From positions 29,638 through 93,637 of IMG/VR virus record IMGVR_UViG_3300022932_000014: a stretch of DNA of 64,000 nt; one strand, given 5' to 3'. Every line of letters starts with the position of its first letter. The first letter of the stretch is position 1. Source of the stretch: a virus. Positions 21,066 to 31,544 of the stretch are shown here, piece by piece. The notes beneath the pieces were generated by a model. The model was not told the origin of the DNA. It saw only the letters and a list, made by a program, of their open reading frames with translations, and did no database searches. The position numbers were made by a program, and so were the translations under genes.

Positions 21066-22698
21066 TGTTATAAGTGATTGCTCCTAGAGTTAGGAATGTT
21101 CCTGAAATAGATACTGCATTTTGAAGTGCTAATCTTTCTACTTTTGTTGGATCAATAATCCCTCTTTCAAATAAATCTGTAAAGTCATTATTTTCTAAAT
21201 CTATTCCATAACCGTATTCTTGTTTTTCTATCCTTTCTAAAAATTTATTACTATTTAAAGTCCATAATAGAAATTTACTTTTATATTTTATTCCTGCGTT
21301 TTCTAAAATTTGAGTAAATGGGTATTCAAGTGATCTTATCAAAACTTCAACTCCTTTTTGTTCATCTTTATTTCTTACTTCTATTTTAGCCGATTTAAGA
21401 GCATTTGCTATATTCAAATAGGTTACACCTCCACCAGCTACATATCCTTCTTCTAAACAAGCTTTAACTGCGCATAGGGCATCTTCTACTCTGTCTGTCT
21501 TTTCTCTTTTTTCTGGTGCGGAATAGCCACCTACTTTAATTACGGCAACCCCTTTGGTTAATTTAGAATATCTTTCTTTTACATATTCTGTTTCTTTTTT
21601 CCCTCCAGTGATGTTTTTAATTTGTTGTTTTACAATTTCTGTTCTTACTTTGATTTCTTCTTGATTTCCTTTTCCACCAATTAAAACTGACTTATTAGCA
21701 TCTGAAATCACTTTATCGATATGTCCTAGCCCTTCTAATGTAACATTATCTAAATCATCTCCTAAGTCTTCACTATAAACTTTTGCGCCTATTAGAGAGG
21801 CTATATCTTTAAGTGTTTCATTTTTTCTTGCGCCGAAAGAAGGTGATCTTAAATTCATCATTTTAAAGCCTTGATAACTAAATTCTAAAATCTCTTTTTG
21901 AACATGGCCAGAAATATTATCACAAATAATTAAAAGGCCTTCAAATACTCCTAATTCTCCGTTTTCATCTTTAGTAGTCGATAATTCAATAGCCTTATTC
22001 AACTGTCTTTTATCTTTTAGGTGTCCTTGGTAAATTAAAACATTCATGTCTTCAAAAACAGCTTCAAACTTTTCTCGGTCATTGATAAATTCCGCCAAAG
22101 AAAAAGGTACATCTAATTCATATCCTAAAGATGATTCTACAGAGGAAGTAATACTATCTGTTTCTTCTACCTTTATTGTTCCACTTTTACCTACTTTTCT
22201 GAAAGCTTCGACAACTAAATCAGATATTTCTTCATCTCCATTTGTAGAAACATTTGCTATGCTTTTAAGTGTTTTTAAATTACTTGAGTTTCTAGATAAA
22301 GTTTTTAAATGTTTTAAAGAGAAATCTAAAGCTAAATCTAGTCCTCTTTTTAATGATATTGCATTTACTTTTCCAGTGTTTAAAACAAAATCTGCTTCAT
22401 GAACAATAGCCTGTGCAAGTACTACACTAGAAGTGGTTCCGTCTCCAGCTCCCTCATTTGTTTGATTTGAAACTTGTTTTACTAGAGATGCTCCTGCGTT
22501 AATTATAGGATTTTCAGATTCAATTTCTTTAGATACAGATACTCCGTCTTTTGTTAATATAGGTAAAAGTAAATCTCTTACACACATTACATTTAACCCT
22601 TGTTTACCAAGAGTCACTTTAACTCCATTTGCAACTAAATCTACTCCTTCTTTTAATAACTTTCTGGCTTCTTGGCCGTAAACTACTTTATTCTCCAA
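21031..22698 (-). CDS. groEL: Group I chaperonin GroEL (phage-encoded)
   Basis: GVKVTLG, TKDGVSVSKEI, AGDGTTS, DALCAVKA..EEGYVAGGGV, GIIDPTKV. No GGM tail. Confidence 0.95.
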   Translation of the reverse strand: MENKVVYGQEARKLLKEGVDLVANGVKVTLGKQGLNVMCVRDLLLPILTKDGVSVSKEIESENPIINAGASLVKQVSNQTNEGAGDGTTSSVVLAQAIVHEADFVLNTGKVNAISLKRGLDLALDFSLKHLKTLSRNSSNLKTLKSIANVSTNGDEEISDLVVEAFRKVGKSGTIKVEETDSITSSVESSLGYELDVPFSLAEFINDREKFEAVFEDMNVLIYQGHLKDKRQLNKAIELSTTKDENGELGVFEGLLIICDNISGHVQKEILEFSYQGFKMMNLRSPSFGARKNETLKDIASLIGAKVYSEDLGDDLDNVTLEGLGHIDKVISDANKSVLIGGKGNQEEIKVRTEIVKQQIKNITGGKKETEYVKERYSKLTKGVAVIKVGGYSAPEKREKTDRVEDALCAVKACLEEGYVAGGGVTYLNIANALKSAKIEVRNKDEQKGVEVLIRSLEYPFTQILENAGIKYKSKFLLWTLNSNKFLERIEKQEYGYGIDLENNDFTDLFERGIIDPTKVERLALQNAVSISGTFLTLGAITYNSASIFTANGQK

Positions 22699-22706
22699 TT
22701 TTGTTT

Positions 22707-23171
22707 TTATTTATTTTCGGTTAATCTTTTGTATTCTTTATTTTGTATGTATTCTGTTGCGGCGTATATTTGATGACTTGGTTTATGCATTCTTCTGGCC
22801 GTTTCTGTTATTTCAAATCTTTCACAAATATATTTATTGAAAGTAAAAAATAATGGTAATTTTAAATGGGGTGTTCCCCAACCGTTCTCGTCTCCAAATC
22901 TTTTTATTTGCTGTATTTGATCTTCCACTTTTTTATAAGGTTCAGATCCAACTTCCATAAATTTTTTACTGTTTATTAAGAAGTTTTGGTTTTTATATAA
23001 ATGGCCTAAATAGGGTAAATTTATTGCAAATACTTCTGGGTTTTTCGTTTCCTGGACAATATATTCAAACATCCAATTAACTCCATCTAAACATTGTTTG
23101 TAATCATAAGTTAATTTATGTTTTCTAAATACTTCTTTTAATATGTCATCTAAGTAACTTAACTGTTTCAA
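22707..23171 (-). CDS. IHF/HU-like DNA-binding protein (putative)
   Basis: Two N-terminal helices followed by INLPYLGHL. crAss-like phages carry IHF-like genes near this module. Confidence 0.45.
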   Translation of the reverse strand: MKQLSYLDDILKEVFRKHKLTYDYKQCLDGVNWMFEYIVQETKNPEVFAINLPYLGHLYKNQNFLINSKKFMEVGSEPYKKVEDQIQQIKRFGDENGWGTPHLKLPLFFTFNKYICERFEITETARRMHKPSHQIYAATEYIQNKEYKRLTENK

Positions 23172-23617
23172 AAGGTCATTAAAATTAATTTACAGTCTTC
23201 ATCTAAGACTTTCTTTCTTATTGTTTCTAAATCTGGCGACAATTTAAATTTTTGATAGTTTTTTTCGTCGCGCACTAAATATCCTCTGTCTCTTAATTTC
23301 TTATTAATTGCGTGAAGATGGTTTCTTGTTAACTGTTTACCTTTCTTTACTTTAGCTCTTTCAGGATTATCTTCAATTAAAAGCTGAATTACATCTTCTG
23401 AAATACCTTTTAATAAATAATAAAGTAAAATAGGCTTTTGAGAAGGTAATAATTTATTTTCTTCGGTCATTCTTAATTCTGAATACGCGGTTAAAAACTT
23501 GTCAAGTCTCTCTATTTTATTTTTAGAATCTACTTTCAAATTAAGCGCGTTTAATGGCTCTTTAAACTTCAAAAGTTTTGCTTCTAGTTCCTTAATTATT
23601 TTATCTTTTTCGTCCAT
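23168..23617 (-). CDS. Putative winged-helix DNA-binding protein
   Basis: LHAINKKLRDRGYLVRD...FKLS is wHTH-like. First gene of the leftward operon. Confidence 0.4.
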   Translation of the reverse strand: MDEKDKIIKELEAKLLKFKEPLNALNLKVDSKNKIERLDKFLTAYSELRMTEENKLLPSQKPILLYYLLKGISEDVIQLLIEDNPERAKVKKGKQLTRNHLHAINKKLRDRGYLVRDEKNYQKFKLSPDLETIRKKVLDEDCKLILMTF

Positions 23618-23634
23618 TTACTAGTAATAAAGTA

Positions 23635-23642
23635 CAAACTTA
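23635..23642 (-). promoter_or_regulatory. -7 element TAAGTTTG of the leftward (morphogenesis) operon
   Basis: Matches TAnnTTTG about 18 nt before ATG 23617. No clear -33 box. Confidence 0.55.
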
Positions 23643-23790
23643 GTATATTAAAATGATATATCCTAGACTTTTAACTTTTTATTAAGATAGTATGTCAAAA
23701 ATATTTTGTATGGGAGCTGTCTAAAAGTAAGTAATTTTTTATTTTGATTCTGTTTTTGTATATTTGCTTCACATTTAAAACCAAAAGAAA

Positions 23791-24045
23791 ATGCTTAGTT
23801 ACGAAGACTTTTATTCTCGTATATGGAATCATTATATCAGTTATAGTGACGTTTCATTTCAGTATAGAGAACAGAATATAGAATTTATTAAAGCTCTTAC
23901 TTTTTCTTTATTTAGAAAGTATGAGAGTAAAAATGTTAGTGAATCTGTTTATGCTGAGAGTCTTAAACTATTCTTTTATAATTTATTTCTTTTTAAGCCC
24001 GAAGTTTTTGATGGCGGAGAAGAAAAAGATTTCAACCAAAATTAA
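23791..24045 (+). CDS. Hypothetical protein
   Basis: 84 aa, preceded by TATATTTG at 23759-23766. Confidence 0.55.
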   Translation: MLSYEDFYSRIWNHYISYSDVSFQYREQNIEFIKALTFSLFRKYESKNVSESVYAESLKLFFYNLFLFKPEVFDGGEEKDFNQN

Positions 24046-24049
24046 TTTA

Positions 24050-24081
24050 TTTGCATATTAGATTTTTATTTTGTATATTTG
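24050..24081 (+). promoter_or_regulatory. Promoter TTTG-N20-TATATTTG
   Basis: Exact consensus. No ORF downstream for about 800 nt. Confidence 0.7.
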
Positions 24082-24180
24082 CGTTAAAATTAAGTAGATC
24101 GTGAGAGGGCGTACTATAAGTGGGGGTTTTGAAGCCTAAAGAACTTCTTTAAAAATCATCACTAATTTCTACTGAATTAA

Positions 24181-24212
24181 TTTGCATATGTCAAAAATAA
24201 TTTGTAAGTTTG
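24181..24212 (+). promoter_or_regulatory. Promoter TTTG-N20-TAAGTTTG
   Basis: Exact consensus. Reads into the structured non-coding region. Confidence 0.7.
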
Positions 24213-24868
24213 CATTTCAATAAAGAAAAATACCGATTTATATTAGTTGTGATAACCTAATATATAAGTAAAGACATATAAAAAGAAGGAAGCCTTTTAA
24301 AACGTAAAACAGTTGTTATCACCAGCGGACTGTTAGTTTTAAGAGGCTTTCGCGTTTAATAACATGGAGCTGCGATATAATCGCTCATGTTGCGGAAAAG
24401 GGATTTAATTTCCTGGACTTAAGCTAAAGGGAAAAGGAGGTGTCTTTTGCACTATTTCCGCCTGAAGGTTGATTATTCAGCCAAAATTTACTCTTATAAG
24501 GAGAGGGGGTTTGGGGGTGAGGATAAATAAAAAAGAATTCCTATGAGGAAGGAACGACCGAACCCAACTGGATAGTTGGAATTACTACGTACTATACTTC
24601 AAAAACTGATAAAAAATAATACATTAGTTAAACGAGGTACGAAGCGAAGCGTAGAACCTTGGTTAACCTCCGCCCGAGCAGGGCATTACTTTACGCATAG
24701 TTACAGTTTGAAGTAGGGTACGTGGTAATAACTGTTTTTTGATTAGCTTTGTCTCTAGTTTTGCCGCCAAACTATAGTAAAATAAAAGAAACAGTTAAAT
24801 ATATTAGGGCGGCAAAATAAAAACTAAAAATAATTACTTAAAAATTAGGTAATTTAAAAAATAATTTG
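24213..24868 (+). other. Structured non-coding region (ncRNA or replication origin candidate)
   Basis: No ORF of 60 aa or more, several hairpins, locally GC-richer. Confidence 0.5.
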
Positions 24869-24876
24869 TAAATTTG
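24869..24876 (+). promoter_or_regulatory. -7 element TAAATTTG for the rightward operon
   Basis: 17 nt before ATG 24894. Confidence 0.55.
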
Positions 24877-24893
24877 TTTAAAATTAATAATAG

Positions 24894-26050
24894 ATGGGAA
24901 CAAAACAAGATTGGGAAACTTATGAAAAGATTCTCGTTAAATTTGACTACACACCAGAACAGATAGAATCTGTTAAAGAAGTTAGAGAAAATTACGACTT
25001 ATGTCCTTACGAACAATTCAGAGAATTATTTCTACAAGGAGTAATTGAGAGAGTAGCTAAAATTAAGAAGCCTCGAAACTATTTTGTAAATGAAGAAGGA
25101 GAATTCTTATTTCTAAATCACTATCATAAAGGATATCAAGTTGCCGCAAGATTTAAAACAGAAGAGTAATGAAAGAAAAAATAGAAGAATTAATATCTCA
25201 GCATGATTTCGCACAAAAAGAAATAAAAAACATGTTAGAAGAGCTATCTCAAATAGATGATACCAAACTATCACCTGTGGATTTAAATCAATTAGACTGC
25301 TCAAAAATAGCTTTGGATAGTGAACATACATTAAGAGGTCAGTTTGTAGAGAGTTTAAAAGATTTATTATAAAATTATGAGCATAAAATATAAAAAAGAC
25401 GGAATTGAAATTAATGGTGAGTTTTTATCTTTAGTAAATATCACCGAAAAGTGCAATGAAATTAAACTTAAAGAAGACAAATTAGTTATTCTTCAAATGT
25501 CTTGGGATTCAAGAGGCGGTTCTGTATTCGAACAAAGATCTTTACCTTTAGAAAAAGCACTTAGAGTTAAAGAAATCCTTTTAGGAGAAACAGTTGATTT
25601 CGGTGAAATTTGGGGGAAACACTCAGAAGTGTATGGTCAAATGGAAGAAAATGATTTTAAAATTATTGACGATAAGAAAAAAGTAAAAGAGTTTCTTAGA
25701 CAACACCCTAATGGAATTGATTATGATCATAGTTTTATTGAGAGATTTATTGAAAGATCCGAAGAAAATTTAGAATATGATGAAGACGAAGTTGACCAAG
25801 AGACTATTGATGAATTAAAATCTTTATTGAGATAATTATGAAACACGTAAACGAAATTCGATTTGAGGGGAAAACTCCTTGGATAAAAGCAATGAATAAA
25901 GCTAATGAATATTATGTGAACTCTATGGATGAGAGACTAACAGAAGCAGAGAGAAGTTTAAATCATGATTTATGGTTCGATACTAAATTTGATATTGAGA
26001 TGGGAGTTTATGGAAATAATTCAGAAAGTGGTGGAGGAACTTGGGTTTAA
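24894..26050 (+). other. Four small hypothetical CDSs (24894-25169, 25169-25372, 25377-25835, 25838-26050)
   Basis: Tightly packed, co-oriented ORFs of 67-152 aa. Confidence 0.6.
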
Positions 26051-26424
26051 TTTTGACCGCTAAAAAAGAAGATAAAGTACAGATTAAACAGTTTAAAGAT
26101 TCTTCCAGTAATTGGTTTGTAAACTTCGCTCACTACTATTTAAATGAAAATAATGAATTGTTGTGGGCGAGTGGAGAATCAGACAGTGTTGAGTACAGAA
26201 CATCAATTGAGGCCTATATTAAGAGAAACAAGAAACAGTTTAAACCTCGTGAAGAAAGTGTATTAAATAAGGAAGAAAAGGTTTATATAACTCTTAATTT
26301 TGGAAAATATTCTGGAAAAAATCTGTCAGAAATTAAAGACTTAGACCGAAAATATCTTCTCTGGCTTAAAAAAGAAACAAAAGACGATAAGTTAAGAGAA
26401 GAAATAATAAGTGTACTGAAATAA
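26041..26424 (+). CDS. Protein with C-terminal DUF3820-like (FGKY) nucleic-acid-binding domain
   Basis: LNFGKYSGKNLSEI..LDRKYLLWL. Confidence 0.65.
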   Translation: MGLILTAKKEDKVQIKQFKDSSSNWFVNFAHYYLNENNELLWASGESDSVEYRTSIEAYIKRNKKQFKPREESVLNKEEKVYITLNFGKYSGKNLSEIKDLDRKYLLWLKKETKDDKLREEIISVLK

Positions 26425-26474
26425 AAGATTTAAAAACAGTTGTATATGTCAAATAAAAATTGTAGATTTACATA

Positions 26475-26852
26475 ATGAAAAGATACAGTAAAAAAGCTTT
26501 AGAAAAAAGAAAAGAAGAGAGATCAGGTTTATCTGAATTTTTTGAAAGACATATAGAAATTGCAAAATCAAAATACTGTACAAATTGCGGTGAAAAATTA
26601 AAAGGAGATGTGAGTGAGATAGCACACAGGCTTCCAAAATCAACTTTTAAATCCATAATGTGTGATGACCAAAATGTTGTATATCTAGGAGGAAGATTTA
26701 GTAATTGTGGTTGTCATAGTTTATATGATGGTAGTAATGAACAATTACAGTCTCTTTCAATTTTTTTGGCGGAAAAAGAAGTTATAAAAGAGTTATTAGA
26801 AAAAGTAACAGAAGAAATAAATTATAAAACATACGATAGATGGCAACTTTAG
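26475..26852 (+). CDS. HNH-like / NinG-like nuclease
   Basis: CTNC...IAHRLPKS...N..YLG...CGCHSLYD. Confidence 0.55.
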   Translation: MKRYSKKALEKRKEERSGLSEFFERHIEIAKSKYCTNCGEKLKGDVSEIAHRLPKSTFKSIMCDDQNVVYLGGRFSNCGCHSLYDGSNEQLQSLSIFLAEKEVIKELLEKVTEEINYKTYDRWQL

Positions 26853-27811
26853 CAGAAACGCTTAAAAAATTAAATAAAGGAAAAAGAGAACAGGATAATT
26901 ACTCTTTATTAGGAGAAAAAGAAGTTGTCAGAACAAGAACATCTACAGGTAGTCCCTATCTTGATTATTTATCAGGCGGGTTTATGAATGGGGGATATAA
27001 CTGTATAGTTGCCAAAGGAGGTAGTGGTAAAAGTTCTATATCTTTATTAGCTTGTAAAGACGTTATTTCAAGAGGTAAGGTTGCTGTATATTTTGATGGA
27101 GAAGGAACTTTAGATGATTCTTACTTTAAAAGAATGGGTGTTAATAAAGATAATTTTATTCACATACGTCACAGAAACTTAGAAAGAATGTTAGATGAGG
27201 CCGAAGCATTTTCACAAGCAGATGAGGTGGGAATCATAGTCTTTGATTCTGTACCCATTTTTAAATCTACTGTGATTCAAGAAAAATCAGCAAGTGATTA
27301 TACAATGGGAATTGAAGCCAATCGTTGGGGAACTAGAATGACCTTAATTGAGGGATATGCTGTTACAAGAGATATTTGTTTATTAGGTTTACAGCACTGG
27401 AAAAAAGACCCAGGAGTAATGATGGGCGATAATCGAGTACTTTCAAGAGGTGAGTGGCAAGGAACTATGATGAATACATTCATAGATCTAACTAAGAAGA
27501 AGATATTAAAAGATGAAGATGATAATGTAGTTGGCCATACTTTAGAAGTAAGAATTAGAAAATCAAAAGGAAGTTCTTATGACCCAACAGAAATATACAA
27601 ACTTAATTTTTATAATGAGGGCGGTTTCAATCAAATAGATGAATATGCCAGAGTATTTATAGAAACTGAAATAGTGAAACAAGGCGGGGCTTGGGTTAAG
27701 TTTCCAAGTGCAGATGCAGAAGAGATTTCTTTACAAGGGGTAGATAAATTTATTGATCACTTAAAAGCTAATCCCAGAGATTTTGAATTTTTAAAACAGC
27801 AATTAATATGA
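26840..27811 (+). CDS. recA: RecA/UvsX-like recombinase
   Basis: STGSPYLDYL.GG, Walker A GGSGKS, YFDGEGTLD, Walker B IIVFDSV, QGGAW. Confidence 0.9.
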   Translation: MATLAETLKKLNKGKREQDNYSLLGEKEVVRTRTSTGSPYLDYLSGGFMNGGYNCIVAKGGSGKSSISLLACKDVISRGKVAVYFDGEGTLDDSYFKRMGVNKDNFIHIRHRNLERMLDEAEAFSQADEVGIIVFDSVPIFKSTVIQEKSASDYTMGIEANRWGTRMTLIEGYAVTRDICLLGLQHWKKDPGVMMGDNRVLSRGEWQGTMMNTFIDLTKKKILKDEDDNVVGHTLEVRIRKSKGSSYDPTEIYKLNFYNEGGFNQIDEYARVFIETEIVKQGGAWVKFPSADAEEISLQGVDKFIDHLKANPRDFEFLKQQLI

Positions 27812-28236
27812 GACCACTTGAAGAGATATTAAATGAATATGAAGAATTAAGAAAGTCTTTTAGAAACACTACAAAAAGTGGCAGTTTAACTAAAGAAAGT
27901 CTTATCGAATTTCAGGGTAGATTTATTGATGTCAAAGCTGACCTTAAATATTGGAGAGTAAAATATACTCATGAGTGGACTAGAAGAGACGACAAAGCAG
28001 CGACGGCGATTAAATTTAGAATTGCAGTTGCTATGACTAGAGGAGAATATGAAACAGGAGACGGAGAGGCAAAATTACCAACAATTACTAATGCTGAGAA
28101 GTTAGCAAGCGGAAGTAAGGAGTATAGGGAGTTTGTGGAACAAAGAGGTTTTTATAAAGAGTCATTAACCAATCTAAGTGATACTCGGGAAGATATTAAT
28201 TCTTATATTAATGAGATTAAAGACAGGCTGAAATAA
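27808..28236 (+). CDS. Helical protein after RecA (UvsY-like mediator candidate)
   Basis: 142 aa, all-helical, coupled to recA. Size and position resemble UvsY. Confidence 0.35.
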   Translation: MRPLEEILNEYEELRKSFRNTTKSGSLTKESLIEFQGRFIDVKADLKYWRVKYTHEWTRRDDKAATAIKFRIAVAMTRGEYETGDGEAKLPTITNAEKLASGSKEYREFVEQRGFYKESLTNLSDTREDINSYINEIKDRLK

Positions 28237-29465
28237 TGGAATACTTAGAATACTATAAAGAGATGAAAGACACAATTGCAGAAATAGGAGAATTAAAAGC
28301 AGAAATTTGGTATAAATCAGAGATTCCATATGCAGATATTGTTTTAGATTTATTTGATGATATTACAAATGATATTGAGGATGATAAGTTTAATATTGGA
28401 ATTACTTTATATAAAACTTATTCTTTGCTTTCAGTTTTTAATCCCGCGAAAAAGGATGACATAGAAGTTTTAGAACAGTTAAAAGAAAAGTTAGAACGAA
28501 TAAATAAAGTAACATTATAATGGAAGAAAGATATAAAAAATTAGGCAGTATTTCAATAGTAGTTGATCCAAAAAGTTATGAAAAATATGGAGAAATTACT
28601 GGAGGATTCGATGATATACAACTTGAAAAACACATTAAAGAGTACGGTTATAAAGAATTATTGGAGCAATTAGCTTATATGCAATGGAGAGTATGGCAAA
28701 CGGTTAGAGAATTGAATTCTAAAGAGGCTAATATAAATACAGTAGTAAATGACAAATAAGTACTACGCAATAACAGAAATAGTTGAAATTCCAATTTATA
28801 TCGAACCAAAGCAATATAATAGTGATGAAATTTCTAAAATTATGACTGAAGCTTTATTTTTACCAATAAATTCTAATCCACCAGAATCATTACCTCAATA
28901 TATGACTATTCCAATGTCTGAGGAGACTTATAAATTCATCAGTAATGTATCCAATATTTATTCTACAAGTTTCGGCGAAAAAGAATATGAAATAAATAAA
29001 GTGAAATTTAAAATATTCACAGAAGAAGAGTATAAATTAAGATATGGTAAATTGAATGAAAATATACCAGAACAATGTGAAGCAGATAATAATCTTGAAG
29101 TAAGAATTAAAAAATCAAATATAGTTGAATTGTATAATTTTGCATATGAACAAGCTGTTAAAACAGGAACTGTAAAGGAATTACACGAACTAGACTCTAA
29201 AATAAATGGCAACTAAAATATAAATATGAAACACATAATAGATAGAGTAATTACAAGAACTCAAAAAGAAGGTAATTCAGAAAATGTAAAAGAAATAGGT
29301 AAACGTGTATATAATGAACTATTAGAAAAATATTATTGTAATAAACCTACAGTAAAAGATTTAGAATTATTATTCTACGATTTAAATTATGATGTAGATA
29401 AAAATCTTGAAACACATCTTAAAATACAGTCTACTTTTGAGTTACTTAATCATCTAGAAAAGTAA
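28236..29465 (+). other. Four hypothetical CDSs (28236-28520, 28520-28759, 28749-29216, 29226-29465)
   Basis: Coupled co-oriented ORFs. Confidence 0.6.
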
Positions 29466-29622
29466 TTTATATGAGTAAATTTAAATGGTGGCGTAAATTT
29501 AAAGGAGGAGAATGGTTTTATAACAGATATATTTTTGACTTGGGTAGAGGAGTAATATATGTTTACGAAAGGCAATTGCCAAAATTTGGATGGAGTTATA
29601 ATATAGAACAATACAACGAAAA

Positions 29623-30024
29623 ATGGCCGTAAAAAAAGTTAAAAATCCAAAAGTACCTAGAACTAGAAATAATTTCACTTTAACAGAAGCAGGTTTTTGG
29701 GGAATGATTAGAAGTTGTTTGAGAAATGCTTCCAGATGGTGGAAACCAATTGCTCAGTGTAAATTAAATTCTAGAAGGGCTTATAAGGGAGTTAATAAAT
29801 CACAAAAGTGGGAATATCTTTGCAATCATTGCGGAGATTGGTTTATGGAAAAAGAGGTGCAAATAGATCACATCATTGACGCAGGAACACTAACAAGAGC
29901 AGAAGATTTATCAGGATTTGTAGAAAGACTTTTTTGTGAAGTTGATGGTTTTCAATGTCTATGCAAACCATGTCATCAAATAAAAACTAATTCGGTAAGG
30001 TCGGCGAAAAAAGAAAATAAATAA
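29623..30024 (+). CDS. HNH endonuclease
   Basis: CNHC...VQIDHII...N-equivalent...CLCKPCHQIKT. Confidence 0.8.
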   Translation: MAVKKVKNPKVPRTRNNFTLTEAGFWGMIRSCLRNASRWWKPIAQCKLNSRRAYKGVNKSQKWEYLCNHCGDWFMEKEVQIDHIIDAGTLTRAEDLSGFVERLFCEVDGFQCLCKPCHQIKTNSVRSAKKENK

Positions 30025-30032
30025 TAAAAAAT

Positions 30033-30615
30033 ATGATAAACAAAGTAACATACCAAGAAGAACCAACATTATTTGATGATATCGTAGAGTTCTCTATTGA
30101 AGAGAATATGGATCACAGAAGAGGTAGCAGTTTTTATAGAGACGAGATTATTGAATTCATAGAAGAAGATAGTAAGCATTTTCCTGATATTAAAGATTTT
30201 GAAAAATATATAGGAACTTGGAAAACTAATAATGTTATTTGGAGTGAAGATGACGGTTTTGATACTGATTACACATCACTTATCCGAGTTAAACAAAAAG
30301 AAGTAATAAGTTATGAATGGGAGGAAGTAAATGAATAAACTTATAGAAAATTATAAGAACTCTTTAGAAGCTTTGTCTGAATATTTCGAAATAGATAATT
30401 TTGGAGATTACATTATTCAAGAATGTGCAGAAGATTATTGGGAAGACTTCGGAGGAGAAATACAATACGGAAATGAAGATGACCCTGATTACTCAAATGA
30501 ATATAAACAAATAATTAGAAAAGATGAGTTAACAGCCGTTTTAGTTAGGTCAGATTTTGGTGGTGATGATTACTGGAATATATTTTATACAAAAAATGAA
30601 ATAAAAGACGAATAA
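30033..30615 (+). other. Two acidic hypothetical CDSs (30033-30338, 30331-30615)
   Basis: 101 and 94 aa, overlapping. Confidence 0.6.
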
Positions 30616-30669
30616 ATATTTGTTTATCTCAAACTAAATCACTACATTTACTTCACTAAATAATAAAAT

Positions 30670-31353
30670 ATGATAAATTCACCGAAGAAGGAAAACAAAG
30701 AAAAAAGAGTTCTTAAAACAGAGCCCAAGTTGAAGGTAGATTTAAACGAAGAGCAAAAAGAGTTTGTAAAATTATTTTATGAGTTTGATGTTTGTTTTCT
30801 TCACGGCGATTTTGGTTCAGGGAAATCTTTAGCGGCTGTTCATACAGCATTAACAGCGTTCAGAAAGAAGCAGTTTAACAATATCTGGATCACACGCCCC
30901 ATGATCAAAAATTCTCTAGCCGCACTTCCTGGAACATTAGAGGAAAAAATGGCACCCTACACCTTCCCAATCACTCAAAATATGGAAGTATGTCAAGGTA
31001 AAGAGACAACAGATAAAATGTTGAGAGAAGGGTTAGTTAAAATAATGCCTATTGAAGTAGCTAAAGGTTGTACATTTATTGACAGTGTAGTCATTGTAGA
31101 TGAATATGAAGACATGTCTTACGCTGATTTTAGAACAATTTTGACACGTTTGGGAAAAGGTAGCAAAATGATTTTTTGTGGTTCAAAAGAACAGGTAGAT
31201 AAACAAATAGGTAAAAACAGTTGTATTTATGAGGCTATGAAGTTAGAAAATTCTGGATTAGTAGGTTATAAAACATTAAAATCTAATCATAGAAATCCTA
31301 TTCTAACACAAATTATAGATTATTTAGAAAAAGGTGAGCAAAAAGTTGCGTAA
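30670..31353 (+). CDS. phoH: PhoH-family ATPase
   Basis: GDFGSGKS, ITRP, LPGTLEEKMAPY, AKGCTF, IVDEYED, TRLGKGSKMIFCG, HRNP. Confidence 0.92.
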   Translation: MINSPKKENKEKRVLKTEPKLKVDLNEEQKEFVKLFYEFDVCFLHGDFGSGKSLAAVHTALTAFRKKQFNNIWITRPMIKNSLAALPGTLEEKMAPYTFPITQNMEVCQGKETTDKMLREGLVKIMPIEVAKGCTFIDSVVIVDEYEDMSYADFRTILTRLGKGSKMIFCGSKEQVDKQIGKNSCIYEAMKLENSGLVGYKTLKSNHRNPILTQIIDYLEKGEQKVA

Positions 31354-31544
31354 TTAAAAAATTAATTGTAAATTTACAGTACTTATCTGCATACCATAAG
31401 AACTTCTTTTAGGTCAATTTTATCGGTATCATCCCCTTCAATAGTATTGTTGGGCTATAAGAGAGGTAAGCTTGTTCTACCGAGAGATATATTCTTCTCT
31501 TTTTAATTTTTTTATCGCGCGAAAACAATAATAAACAAAAATAA

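Noticed and set aside
31455-31505. Purine-riboswitch-like TATAA...TTCTACC spacing
   Set aside because: P1 and P2 pairing is weak and the L3 CC needed for the loop-loop contact is missing. Kept only as a generic structured leader.
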